Shown in pieces: positions 49,801 through 61,500 of a stretch of DNA of 64,000 bases. Numbering within the stretch: the stretch's first letter is position 1; every line of letters begins with the position of its first letter. The notes beneath the pieces are model-generated. The model did not search any database, was not told the origin of the DNA, and worked only from the letters and a program-made list of their open reading frames with translations. The translations under genes were made by a program, and so were the position numbers. The stretch comes from Phoronis australis (Eukaryota; Animalia; Phoronida), in NCBI GenBank assembly GCA_002633005.1, contig NMRA01000025.1:7757-71756 (forward strand), written 5' to 3'.

Positions 49801-52800
49801 GGAAACGGAGCTTGCGACGCACCTATTATTTTCGGGACATATTCCGAACTTTTTAATGTTTATCATCATTTTCTTTAATAGTATATTAGCATTAAAAATT
49901 ATTAACTCAACAAGGAATTGCAGATGCCAGCCTGACCTATGGAAATGTCAACTAAAAAGTGGCTTGCAATCATGGAAGAACAGTTTAAAGTCAATAAATA
50001 ACAAACATGTATCCCCGCAGTCCAGATGGTGACTAAAGTCTGCCTCCTTGATCAGTTTTGTATAATAATTAATGGAGAAATCCTATTACATTAATTTTGT
50101 TCATCGTCAAAACCTGAAAAAATCCAGAGTTCCCATCTGCTTCAACACAGACAACTTAAGTTCCAACCTATGTCTAGACGGCCAGCTTCAGTGGAAGGTC
50201 CACCAGGGGCAACTTGATCCCGATCAGCCAAGTGTGCACAAGAGGAACCGATGCTGATGGAGTCATGGTGGAAAGGAGACGACGTTTGCTTTGCACATGT
50301 GAGTGAAAAGTGTTTGTAAAAAAGTTGTGCAAGCAGTGGGTTATAATTTTTTGGTCCTTGACACACATGGACATGTGCACTTAGACCGGGTGCAATTTGC
50401 ACTCCATCAAAGCTGAGGGATAACCTGTCACAGCAGTACCAGTTTGCACCTTCCTTTAGTATCCTCATGATCAAGTCGGGTGTTTTTCCCCTGAATGTGT
50501 GCATGAACGGGTTCATAAAAAACAAAATGTTGATTGTATTATAATGCTACTATGGTATGAATAAATGTGCTGTTAAAAAGAAAATTTTAAATCAAAAAAA
50601 CTTTGCACGAGTTTAAAATCTCTCCAGATGGTAACTTGTGTTCAGAAACTTTGGTCCTGGGCAACTTGCACTGGGGCACCAGTTTACGGGAACTCACCTA
50701 TCATTACAAGAGGCAGTTTAGCAGTGCTATCCACAAAACTAAATGCACATAACATGCGAAGAAATGCTCCAATAAAGTTCAACCAGGCACCAAGGATTAT
50801 CTGAAAATGGAAAGCCTTCCCTTCAACTGTTGATGAATTACCACCATGACCATTACCAAATGCAGCTTATGCAAGAGCTAATGTTACCAATATTGATTTA
50901 TATGGCAGCAAAATACTCAATGATGTATATTTTGCACAAGAAAAACAAGACATAAAATACATAATGTAATATTCAACATGGTGATTAGATACATGTTACT
51001 TAAACTGATAATAAAACCACATTCTGCAGAAAAAAAATCTGATTCAGATCACTTACAACATTAAGTTGGTCACAACTTGTTCCTTGCTCAGATGAAAATT
51101 GAGGGCCCTCTTGGAAAGCAGTGTTGTCACTCAAGAGGCCACCCTCATTTTAAATATTACAATAAATGAATAAATAAATTTTTAGCTTTGCAAAGAACTG
51201 TCAGTTAGTTCATTCATTATTGCTTGAGACAATCCTCTCTCAATAAAAAGACAATTAACAAGTAAACATGTTTAGTTCATTATTGCTTGAGACAATGCTC
51301 TCTCAATAAAAAGACAAGTAACAAGTAAACATGTTTAGTTCCTAGACCAGAAATCCCACAAATTTTGACTAATAAATAATTTGTGACCAACTTCATAATG
51401 GTAAATGGTCCACATAAAATTATTTTGGTGACAGAAAAAGATTCAGTTTCACAGCTATGTATTGCTGAAACACTGCAGAGGCAACCTGCTTCCATGTGTG
51501 AAACTTGAATTTTTTTTAACTGAAACTGAAACTAAATTGAACAACTCATACCAGAACAGGATTGTTTTCTTTGCCACGCTTGTTAACATGTGTATATAAA
51601 CCGCAAAACACATGGGGTAAAACAAATGCAGAGATTTTACCATATAACTATCCGCCAATTACTGATGAAGCATACAAATAAAATGATTGAGTTTGTTTAG
51701 TCAACCCAAATCTACAATAAAAATGAAAGTGAGAAATCAAAGAGAGGTTATTAAACAAGTTCTAAAACAAAGGTTAAGAACAAACAATGGGTGACTTTCA
51801 GGAAGAAACAGGGACTGACCACATTACAAAGGGGGGAACATATATTGTGGAGTTGGCCAATGAGAAAACTGAAATGGTATCCACACTGTCTTACGCTAGC
51901 TCTTAGTCCAAGGCTGTCAATTACCCAGGTGGCACTGAGACCACATGGTATGGCAGCCACTAGGAACACCAAGGACAGCCAGTTGACAAAATCATTGGAA
52001 ACATTGAAGAACTTGCCAGTCTTGTCAGCTACAGAAGCAAAACTTATCCAGACCTGAAATAAATTGAGCAGATAGTATAATTTCAGGCAAAGTTTAAATG
52101 TAAAGGAAAAATAGGTGTCCAAGGTCCCTAACGAACTAGAAGACATGTCCAACCTTCAGTAACAATTTGGGGACTGGCATCTGCACAAAATAAAATGAAG
52201 TACAATTTCCTTCAACATATGAGTACGGACATTCCTCTAACGCTTCGGACACTAATGTATAGGCAATAATTCCATTGACAGTTCTCTTCATGTTCCACTA
52301 ACAGAGACAAAATTGGTCATACAAACTATCAGAGATTAAAGTCAAGTGTTTGAGATAAAGCATTGGTATTGAAAATGAATTACTGAGGATAACGACGGCT
52401 TCCGAGATGGTGGTTTGGCAACCATGAATTAAATTATCATAAGTAACAAATTATTGTCCTGGATGATAGATTCCCTTCAAAATATAACACTTGAACCCTT
52501 TTTCATTTTGTTTACAAACTTCAACAATCCGACTTTAAGACCTAAAATCACTTTCAGCGATGCTGTCTGTCTGCACTGTTTCTGAATGCAGCGCGGTAGA
52601 TAACACATGTATTCGAAAAAACAGGCCAGAGAATGTGACAGTGGGTTTGTGAACCTTCCTAATTCGATTTAGAGTTGAAGCTCTCGGATTTTGAAGAATT
52701 ACCACAACTCACAGAAAGGTGTCAAATTCTCCCTCTTTTAATGAAATTCTTCCAGTTTTCTCAAATTTTAGAAACAGGTTATTGGGGATGTGCGGTGGTG

Positions 52801-54923
52801 ACCAAGGGGACAGTACTCACTGGGTTTCTACGACTTATTATGTCCAGCACTGCCCGATTGATAACATGGGCGATGCACCACAGGGGCGCTGGGGGGGGGG
52901 GGCTGTAGCCTCCTGCATTTTTCAGTGCTGCGCCGCCCATGTATGTTAGTGCTTGTTACTAGTTTAGCCATATAGGAAACAACGGTGCCGATTATCTGAA
53001 TAGTCGGTGCTTCATGGATACGAAATACTGCCAATGCAGATAGGGGTACAAATTAGGAACTGTTAGAGAAACAACCATACTCCCTCTCTCCTTCCACCGA
53101 CAATAACTGGCTCCTTGATGAAAATTGGATAACAACGCAGGGAAATGTGCACTTAAGATAATCCAACTTCAAGTACACTGTAGCAAAGGTAAGCAAATCA
53201 GATAAGTATTCCCAAATGAGAGCATCACTCCTCAACTCAGCTTTGCCGCAGCCAGGACAATCGCATTGCCAAAAATGGATTAAGTTTATTGTCAAGTATG
53301 TACGTTTCAGTGAGTTGGGATTCCTCATGTTTAGAATACTTGCATCCAAAAATTCATCTCCTGCTTCCGAACACATAAATGGACTGAACGGTGCCAAGTC
53401 TGAGCCTGAGGTAGGCAATACAGAGCCCCGGATGCCGCGAAGCGGAGGCATTGTGTGAATCATTCGCTATCAATTCAACCACGTTTTTCTTTGTAATGTT
53501 GAAATGGGACAAGATTACCCCCTGGAGGACCACCTAATGGGCTGGTCGATGTATATTGTATAAGCAGGGATATTCCTGACCAGGTTTGATCCTGTGCCTT
53601 TTGGGCAAACCTGATGATAAAAAGTGTGCCTTTTTCAAAAAAAGTTGTGCCCAGCACCAATGTAATCAAAATGGTAAAATACAAAACAGAAACCCCAAGG
53701 GCAACCAAAATAACAACAGAGTCATGTTTTACCCGACTGATTGTAAGTTGACAAGAATCTTGTATTTTTGGAAGAGTGTTGCGCTCTAATTGGCGCACTG
53801 CAGCAATGAACTTGCGCCTTTTTAAATTTTATGCGATAATGGCGCAAAAACAGTCCAGGAATATCCCTGTATGTGATTTATTATTAAATGCACTTGTAAA
53901 CAGTGAGTGTACTGTCAACTGAGCAAGTTTCAAGAAGAATGATAAAAGCAACTGACCATTCTAACTGCTTTCAAAATGACTGTTAAACTGTCTTTGAAGT
54001 TCCAAAATTGGTACACTATAAGTGAATTTATTGAGAAGCATTCGTCAACAATAACAGTACCTAGTGATGTCATCTGACTTATGAGTTTGATAGCGTCAGC
54101 CCAAAGTCCCTTGTCTAGAGCTTGAGTCAGAGGCTGTGGTCCACCAGGGTGACTGAGTTATAGTGAATGTTCCGTTTGGGATCACTCACCTGTTTTACTA
54201 CATGATGTTGGCAAGTCGTGATTTGTCAAATCTCAAAATTTTCAAAATGTCACAGGGAAGTCTTAATTGTCAAAGCTGCGAGTTGTGATGAAGCACTTAG
54301 GCCAAGGTAGCCTTGGGCTTGGCGCAAAGCTGTATACTAAAATTATGATAGTCTTCATACAGCTAGCTGGCTGGCTAAGGCCAAGGGAACGCTTAACAAT
54401 CGACTATGTTACACAGCCTGAATTTGGAAACCAACGTCGTCTGCAGTTGTAACCTGACGGGGAGTTTGTAATGGCCTGATTCTCAAAATCAAGGCCTGCT
54501 ACATTCGGCCAGTGCCGGCACAAACGTTACCTGGCAAGAGGTACTTATAGGAACAGGATGGTTCAATCATTTTGAGGCAGAATTCGTCGTAAGGTATATG
54601 TGGGCCCATTTCTACTGGGCCCACTTGAGTCGGTAGGCATACTTTACAGTCTAACTCACTAGTGGTCTAGTAAAACAGTAGGCCTGCTACTCGCCTACTG
54701 TGACTGTGTCGGTGACTGTGAGTGTGACACACGAACTTACCATGGCATTTGCTATGTTTAAAAAGCACAAGACAGACAAGATGAACCATCTTCTTGTGTA
54801 CACTCTGTACTCGACCGTAGAAAACGTTGGAAGTTCGTTGTAATTCAGCGAATTTTGCGGAGAAGAACTCAACAGAGGTGAATGTTCACTGACTTCAGTA
54901 TTACTACTACCTTCTTCCGACAT
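31651..54923 (-). CDS. SLC49A3: Solute carrier family 49 member A3 (MFSD7)-like MFS transporter, complete, 11 exons, about 497 aa
   Basis: Exons (-): 54923-54741, 52053-51895, 50800-50698, 47129-47016, 46219-46143, 44987-44853, 42760-42644, 42396-42244, 41307-41150, 33539-33412, 31817-31651; 1494 nt open frame ATG..TAG. Motifs YTRRWFIL, VNWLSLVF, DSLGLR, LGAWLNFIG, GQTIAACAQPF..PTKLAALWF..QRVTANTLASMSNPLG, PPTPPTASA, ITYPVAEGTSAG match SLC49A3 better than FLVCR or DIRC2, as recalled. Confidence 0.93.
33412..33539 (-). CDS. SLC49A3: SLC49A3 exon 10 (SQAISIGVILLM..AQDYT)
   Basis: gtttcag / G|gtggga; phases fit neighbours. Confidence 0.85.
41150..41307 (-). CDS. SLC49A3: SLC49A3 exon 9 (VSRLREQ..CLEVGVEITYPVAEGTSAGLLLTI)
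   Basis: AAG-type acceptor (gttaag), AG|gtgagt donor; TYPV.EG.S family motif. Confidence 0.9.
42244..42396 (-). CDS. SLC49A3: SLC49A3 exon 8 (GFAGLCGALLIGVGIVGA..VDYTKMF..FFSL)
   Basis: ttccag / gtaagt. Confidence 0.93.
42644..42760 (-). CDS. SLC49A3: SLC49A3 exon 7 (VVKNKTYWVLAVCFG..LLEQMLCARGYDD)
   Basis: ctgcag / gtaagt. Confidence 0.93.
43523..43746. repeat. Minisatellite, 6 x 37 bp (ATGACTGAGACAGGAGTCAGTGGTAACCATGACATTT)
   Basis: 37-nt periodicity seen directly. Confidence 0.92.
44853..44987 (-). CDS. SLC49A3: SLC49A3 exon 6 (LIAYCVPAG..SPPTPPTASAA..FLKGVKK)
   Basis: ttacag / gtctgt; PPTPP motif. Confidence 0.92.
46143..46219 (-). CDS. SLC49A3: SLC49A3 exon 5 (SNPLGILLANVISPSIVKNSEDVGTM)
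   Basis: ttttcag / gtaagg. Confidence 0.93.
46255..46610 (+). mobile_element. HINE-like family fragment (3' part)
   Basis: AGGAACACAT.TGC.AATTTTCATAATGATCC units, CAGAC microsatellite and a terminal hairpin-like CCCA..TGGG, shared with 47735-49131. Confidence 0.5.
47016..47129 (-). CDS. SLC49A3: SLC49A3 exon 4 (GQTIAACAQPFAFFAPTKLAALWFRGNQRVTANTLASM)
   Basis: tttcag / T|gtgagt; SLC49 family signature. Confidence 0.95.
47464..47630 (+). mobile_element. tRNA-derived SINE
   Basis: A box TGGCTCAGTGG (47466), B box GTTCAAATCC (47510), AATG-type tail; no intact cloverleaf. Confidence 0.65.
47735..49131 (+). mobile_element. Helentron-associated (HINE/DINE-1-like) non-autonomous element with internal tandem units
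   Basis: Starts AACAAGAG; repeated diverged units (AAATGCCACTAGGGGGCAC..AGGAACACATCTGCCAAATTTCAT); GGACGGACAGACG microsatellite; 3' hairpin CCCACATAT-AA-ATATTTGGG then A-run. Confidence 0.65.
49141..49849. repeat. Two 150-bp direct repeats (49141-49290, 49700-49849) flanking about 410 bp
   Basis: Near-identical; each contains AATAAA and ends in the hairpin TTCGG-GACATA-TTCCGAAC. Confidence 0.85.
50698..50800 (-). CDS. SLC49A3: SLC49A3 exon 3 (IILGAWLNFIGAFLRMLC..PLVMI)
   Basis: ttttcag / G|gtgagt. Confidence 0.93.
51204..51341. repeat. Tandem duplication of about 67 bp
   Basis: TTCATTATTGCTTGAGACAAT.CTCTCTCAATAAAAAGACAA.TAACAAGTAAACATGTTTAGTTC occurs twice. Confidence 0.85.
51895..52053 (-). 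CDS. SLC49A3: SLC49A3 exon 2 (VWISFASVAD..WVIDSLGLRAS)
   Basis: tttcag / gtaaga; TM2 and the MFS motif A region. Confidence 0.94.
52866..52942. mobile_element. Very short MITE-like element
   Basis: CATGGGCG..poly-G GCTGTAGCC..CGCCCATG inverted ends; no clear TSD. Confidence 0.45.
54741..54923 (-). CDS. SLC49A3: SLC49A3 exon 1 (MSEEGSS..YRVYTRRWFILSVLCFLNIANAM)
   Basis: ATG in atcATGt context; ATG|gtaagt donor. Confidence 0.92.
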
Positions 54924-57083
54924 GATCCCGTGATGAATGATCAATATTCCGTAAGGTGTCGTCCCAAACCAGGAAATAATTCAAAACTACGGCTGCAAGC
55001 GCTCATCGGACAGTTGTAACATATGCACAGTCGTGTTCCTCACAATGTGAAAGTTCAAAAAGAATTTTCTATTTTCCACCAGTTATCGTTTTTAGAAAAA
55101 TAAACTACTCAGCATAAGCATATTACAACAGTCCTATGTTTTTATACTCAAAGCTCTAATGTCTACAAAATAATAAAGGCACCGCCCACCAGCCTCGGCT
55201 GCCGGGCTATACTCTAAGTACTAAGTAGGCCTACTACTAGTCCCTATGATGCCGAACCCGACTGGCACTCGGGTTTCCCTTAGCTTTCGGTTCCATTCCA
55301 GGGTGTGCTCTGTACAATATGAAACTGTAAAAGACGCATTCCGTCAATGATTTGGTTAACACAAGTTAAAAAAAAATAAAAAATTAGCTACTTTCCACCA
55401 TCATAGTGAATTGCGGACGGGAGTATCTGTCGTGCGGCAAACTTAACCCACGCAACTTTTGATTTTGACCGTTGGTCCCAAATCGTTCGTTAGTCAAAAT
55501 ATAGTTGGTATCACTGCTTAAAAGAACTGGCAGTTCACTGTTCCTTGGAGACCAGGCAAGTTGGAAGCAACGAGAAAACGCCGTAATGTTAAGAACCTCA
55601 CCGTTCAGTCGGCTATGTTATTTTTTAAGACCAATCTAAAATTTCATGAGCTTGGAACGAGTTGCCAATTCAGGAACAACCTTTAAACTAATCATAAAGA
55701 CCAAGAAAATGACCAGTCTTACCTGGTAAGTGGCCCAAATTAACTAAACTTGATTTTGTCAAAAAGCGGGACAATAATGCTCCAGTAACAGAAGCGCCTT
55801 CGGCTTTAAAAAACACCACGCTCACCCGATGTTGAATTGCTGCCGAATGAGCCGGCAACTCAAGCCATAAGTCATGCGTACATCCATAGCCTACGCCATT
55901 TTCAAATTTGCAATAAAGGCTAGCAACCTCAATAAACCCTGAACCGTTTTCATGAGTCGCTGATGTTCTTGGTGGTGATAGAAATAGAATCATTCTCGGT
56001 AAGGAATGTTGTGAGACTGATTTTAAGATAGTAAAAATTTTAGTTAGATTTTTGTCGTTTTTGAACCTGAGCTAAACAGGGCCAAATCATTAAAATCCAC
56101 ACACTGTGTGGTTGATTAAAGTGGGGTTTTCGCCGTTGATTGGCACGGTCTTAGTTGTGGACGGTCTTGTGAAAGCAATTTTCGGAGATGTGCTAAATTA
56201 AAAACATTGGCTCAAATGGGTTAATTCTTTTTCAATATTTCGCCCTATTCAGCTAGCTAAAAACAAAAACCGAATTAGGCCTTATACTTTCAAAAATGTC
56301 CTCATGATATTTCTCACCATGATATGATTCTATTTTCTTTACGAACAAGAACAGGAAAACCAGCAACCCATGAAATCGTTTCGGGCTTTATTGAGGACGG
56401 TAGACCAACCCAAAAATTGGAAATTAGAAAATAAAGCAAATACACCGTCATTGCTTGTGACTTGATTCAGTAAAAGTAATGGAATCCTGTCAAGGTAAGG
56501 AATGTTATAAGAACGATGTTGAAAGTTAAAGGCCGGGCGTTATTCGATTTCTGTTTTTTAGCCACCTAAACAGGGCGATTCGAGCGAAATGTAGGACAAA
56601 TTTGTATCACTCCATTTGCGGTGTGGTGATTGAAGATAAAGCACCCTAGATTCAATAACACTACTTTTCAAGTACATCAAAAAATGTTTATGGGGAGTTC
56701 GTCTTGTTTTTTCCCTACCCTTGTTGTGTTAATGACTTTCGATGAATATATTTCGTGAGAAATTGCATTTAGGAGACGATCTCCAGTAAATTATGGCAAA
56801 TTGTGAAGATTTAGCTTCACCCCTTTGCCAATAGGTGAGGCGACTGTCGAGGAAAGTCGGGAGTTACCTCCTCTGTTTCATTATGTCTAGACGATGACTC
56901 ATACTGTGTTTAGGTTTTAGCGGCGTCGAATTTCAAATGTTTCCCAAAATTGCCCTTGCAAAATACTGTTGAAAATAAAATATCGCACCCTTCACAGTAT
57001 TTTAATCATTATCGGTTTCGGTTATATCGATTTCCCTATTGCAAAGCTAACAAATAAGAAATCACATATCAACCAAGTGAACA

Positions 57084-57122
57084 CCCGGAGGGCGGAAGTC
57101 ATATGCAATGAACAGCCAATAA
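57084..57122 (+). promoter_or_regulatory. Probable promoter of a divergent third gene: GC/ETS box (GGGCGGAAGT) and CCAAT box (AGCCAAT)
   Basis: Motifs seen directly in a CpG-enriched segment, followed by a strong donor CG|GTAAGC at 57223. Confidence 0.55.
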
Positions 57123-57129
57123 GAATTCG

Positions 57130-57222
57130 TTCTGCTGTTTGTTGGTGGAGTGCTTGTCGGCGAGTCTAGGTTGTTCTGCAAAGTCGGGGAGGATTTCCAC
57201 AATAAAAGGTATTTTGCGAACG
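57130..57222 (+). other. Probable non-coding first exon of an unidentified gene
   Basis: Lies after the promoter motifs, contains no ATG and ends at a consensus donor; the TSS is approximate and no downstream coding exon was recognised. Confidence 0.45.
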
Positions 57223-58101
57223 GTAAGCATTCGCCTGTTCCTATGTTATCATTGTTTGTAATATTTAATAATACTCCCGTCGTGCTGTAATTGTGCGATG
57301 AAGTACCTTGCCCGTTCACTATACCGGCTTCTTCGAATATGACCGTGGCCTATCGCATTTCATTTGCTCATTTGACCCCGTTACGCGTGTCCGTTGTTTG
57401 TGCGCTCATATTGCACTTATTCTTGTGAACAGTCTTGTTTCTGTAAATTAACAGCATAGCTTTATGTATTAAAAAACTAAGCCCTAATTAACAATCTTTA
57501 TTTTACGTGTAAGGAGCGTCGTTTTCGATATTAGTTTCCTTTGCCGTTTTGACCCAATTGATTTGGCGTCTGGTTGGCAATATCGGAGTCACCATCTTGC
57601 TTTAAACCTAAAGGTAAAAAGTTTCTCGATAAAAATGCATCTGATTCCTTTTGATATTGAAAGAATTATGATTGCGGCTTGGAGAAATTATTGTCTTTGA
57701 CAAAGGCAATAATTTATCCAAGTTTGTGGACATGCCTGTAAGAACTGTAGAACCCCTCCCATTCTTGTGATAGGATTTCGCATACTAGTCAAAACGTGAT
57801 TGAGTGATGACAAAGATACAATTTAAATGCCTGTTGCAGGCAATTATGGTGTAAGTTCTGAAAATTTTGTGTTTTTTACTTGGAAAATTGCTCATCCCAA
57901 ATGTAAACCCGAGCACACTTTTGGAAACCAGGCCCAAGTGCCAGCGACATTGACTGAGGAACGACACGTGTGGCTATTTGTTGAGAGTGCTTAGCTCCGT
58001 AAAAATTATGATATCATCCTTATCTCGCCTAGAAATTGATTTTATTTTTTTTATTTGATGTCACCGGAAGTGTTTCAAAGTCTGCTACACAGGGTAGGTA
58101 G

Positions 58102-58505
58102 CTCAACAGACACAGTGTAGCTCCTATAGGCGCTTAATACACCAGAAGCTTTTCGGCAACTTATGCCTCACACTGATTAAAACTAAGTCACATTGTTATA
58201 AATACTATATGTGCATAGAGGGACACCTTATGAGGCCGTCGATTTCAGTAATTCCTTCCAAATCGAACAAATAGTCCCGTTATCAATCAAACTTTTTCTT
58301 TGAGCAGTCCTTCGTTCAGTTCCCAGAATTGCTAACTGGCCATTTTTACGCTGTGTGCGGCAGGTGGAATGACATCATATCTCCAGTTACTGATTTTGGG
58401 AACAATGGGATTTTGATGTTTTAGTTTGTGTGAGGCATACCGGTAATTCGCCTAAAGGCTTCCAGTGTATGAAGCGCCTATGGGAGCTACACCATTTCTG
58501 TTGAG
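58102..58505. mobile_element. MITE with about 85-bp imperfect TIRs
   Basis: CTCAACAGA..GTGTAGCTCCTATAGGCGCTT..ATGCCTCACAC versus GTGTGAGGCAT..AAGCGCCTATGGGAGCTACAC..TCTGTTGAG. Confidence 0.75.
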
Positions 58506-61500
58506 TCGGCTAGAGACGGTGATCACTGTCTACCACACGAGCCAGCGTCCGCAGTCATATACTTGGATATCAAGTATATCCCAGAAGTGTCATTTGAAAT
58601 AATTTTGTGTCAATTTATTTTCTAAACAGTAAAAGGATGTTTTGAAAGACCTAAACTAAACTTGAGAATGTATTCCGCTTGCCATGCCATGCACATGTTT
58701 GTATTTTCTCAAAACTGGAAAAACATTGCCACCTTCAGAAAGACTGAACAACTTGAACATGTCTGCAAAACAATGCTGATCGATTTGTGGCCAGAATTGG
58801 TCTTGATGGTTTATAAATTGGCAATTGTTTATTAAAAACAAGAAATATGGAGTTATGGTATCTACATACTGAAGTATGTGAATTTCGAGAAAGAAGTCCA
58901 ATTCCACGAGTTCTGTGAGTTTTTTTCGTTATGACGAAAAAACAAGGTCTGTTATGTACAGAATTATACAGGTCAAGATCATCTGATGAGTCTATGGCAT
59001 GAATGTTTACTGTTTTTGTTGCTCTTCTTGAATTGGTGAAAATTTAGGTTCTGTGGTGCCTTTTTTGGTAATTTATATCCTGTTTCTGCCTTTGTCCAAC
59101 GTCTTTGACTTGAAGTTAAGAATATTAGTATTAACAAGTCAGCCAATTGATCAATATAGCTTCCCACACTACTCTGTACACATACTGGAAGGTATAGTCT
59201 GTTCATAAGTAAGTGTCTACTTTCTGGATTTGATGGAATGCTCCTGGCTTGGAAATGTAAATGCAGGTGGGATTTACCGTATATGTACACTCACTACTGT
59301 GCTTGCAATTAGGACAGAATGGTTGCAGCATCTCATCTCTCGATAAAGTGTATTGATTGATATTGTAATGGGTCAAGTTGTCAAGCAGGAGTTATTTCAA
59401 CACCTTGCTTATGTCCCCATGTCTGATGTCAATGACTATTTGAGTGCCTTGTCCGATTTAATGTGAAATATTAATGAGGTTTCAAACACAACTACCAGCT
59501 CATGATTTCGTTGTTTTGTCTCCTGCATATTGCCAGACTCCGCCTTCATGGTATTGACCTATGTCATATGTTAAAATGAAAACAAATTGGCATCTAAGGA
59601 AGAGCACTGTAAATGAAACAGTGCAATGATTCATTAAAGAATTGCATTTCCACATATGAAATTCAATCTTTTATGGTGATGATCAAATTTGGTTAATTCA
59701 AATATTGCTATATTTTACGACAAAAGTTCTTTACTTCAAGTTGTAAGTGCCTGCCCCATTCACAATCTGGTCTTGCTGCAAGACTTACTTATGCACCTAG
59801 TCAAGTTCAAGCCAAGTACAAAGCCACAGTTGGACTATACTGCTGCTTTCCATTAACAGACAGCATTATTACATAGATGAGGAACAGGTGCTATGATGGA
59901 GCCAGTGTGATCTCTTTGTTATCGCCTGTATCTTATTATGTATGGCTATAATATTTGTGTGTAAGGTACTTATCATGGTTGATTATGTACTAGTAGTGAT
60001 AATGGATCATCTTGGAAAAAGCTGCCTGTCTCAAGTCTAAAGTGAGGTCCGCACATAAATTTACCCTAGAACAAGTTGCGCCTGGAATGAGTTGTTGGGG
60101 TTGGGCGGAAGTAATTATCAGCTACAGTTACATACAGACAGGTCTTCTCATGCGTCTTATTAGCATTAGGTGTTCATTGTCACGCACCGCACCGAGTGAC
60201 AACTTTTGTCTACCCCAGTTATCGGTTGTGTGTGTGTGTGTGTGTTTGTGTGTGTGTTCGTGCGTCATTCAGTTTGTTAATCAAGTCTTGAGATGATTCA
60301 TTGTGCAATTTCATAGTTAGGTAGGTCTTTAGACTGTATTTGTGGCTATCCTATCTTGGTCACTCAAAGATGAGAGCAAGTGAAAGGAAGTAGTACACAA
60401 ACAGACTATATGGACCTCAATACTCTTTTGCCACTGTTGTGCAATAGGTGTTTTTTCCCATTTTAATTGTCATTTCCCCCCCCCCCCGACCTTTTTTTCC
60501 ACCCTCAAGTTCATTTACTTTGTATTTGAGGCAGTAGCATAGAACTAGGTTGAGTAAAAAGTTTAATGCAGTATATTATTGTCTTGGAAATTTAATGGTT
60601 AATGTGTATCAGTTTTTGCATACGTACAATTTTGTTGTGTTTTTGGTAATGATGAATCTCAGCAAGGTAGACAAGTGGTGCTTTGGTTTTATGAATGGCT
60701 TTGAAAAATTGTGGACTTTTGCAAAAATGATTTATGTCTCTGAGGATTAAAGAATTTCAGTTTTGGAAATAACATTGTGCAAAATTGGCAAATTGGTAAA
60801 TAATTGTCCAAATGGGGAAACTTAATTGTCCCTTTGCAATATCTTTCTCTTGTTTTTTTGTTGAGAATAGTCTATGTTTAATGAAGTAAATAGTTCTATA
60901 TAACATGTGTACCATATTTGTTACATGCTGATGTCTGACTGACTGTCACCTGTCTGCACGAATGTATTACTGTGACATCATCACCTGGTGGATAATACAG
61001 GTTGCTCAAGTGTTGGTCATTACTTTGTTATCAGTTCATTGACCTGCATTGTGTTCACTGTCTGTGGCTGTGGTTCCAGATGAAATACAACTCCTTACCT
61101 ACAGTGAAGAGTCTGCCAGCAAAAGTGGTTGACAAAGTTCCACTTACTCAATTTTTAAAAGTTTGACAGTATTGCAAATACTAAAACCAAGTAGTTGATA
61201 CCGTAGCAACTGTCCAATACAAGACATGCTAACAATTGCGTAAAACAACCCAAAAAATGTTTTAGCTGAACTTTATGACACATTTTTCCTTCTATCTTGT
61301 TCTAAATATTTATTTCAGGTTAGCTAGTTTTTTGTTCATTGTTTGGATCTTGGTTTATATAAGCATGAGTCATTCAATCATTTGTTTACTCATTTCTCTG
61401 CCAGTTCTTTTGATTCATAAGTACCAGGTGTACCTTATCGGTCTGTGGTTTTTGCCAGGTGAACTGAAGGCATGTTGACTTTTGATGGCTCCTGGTCATG

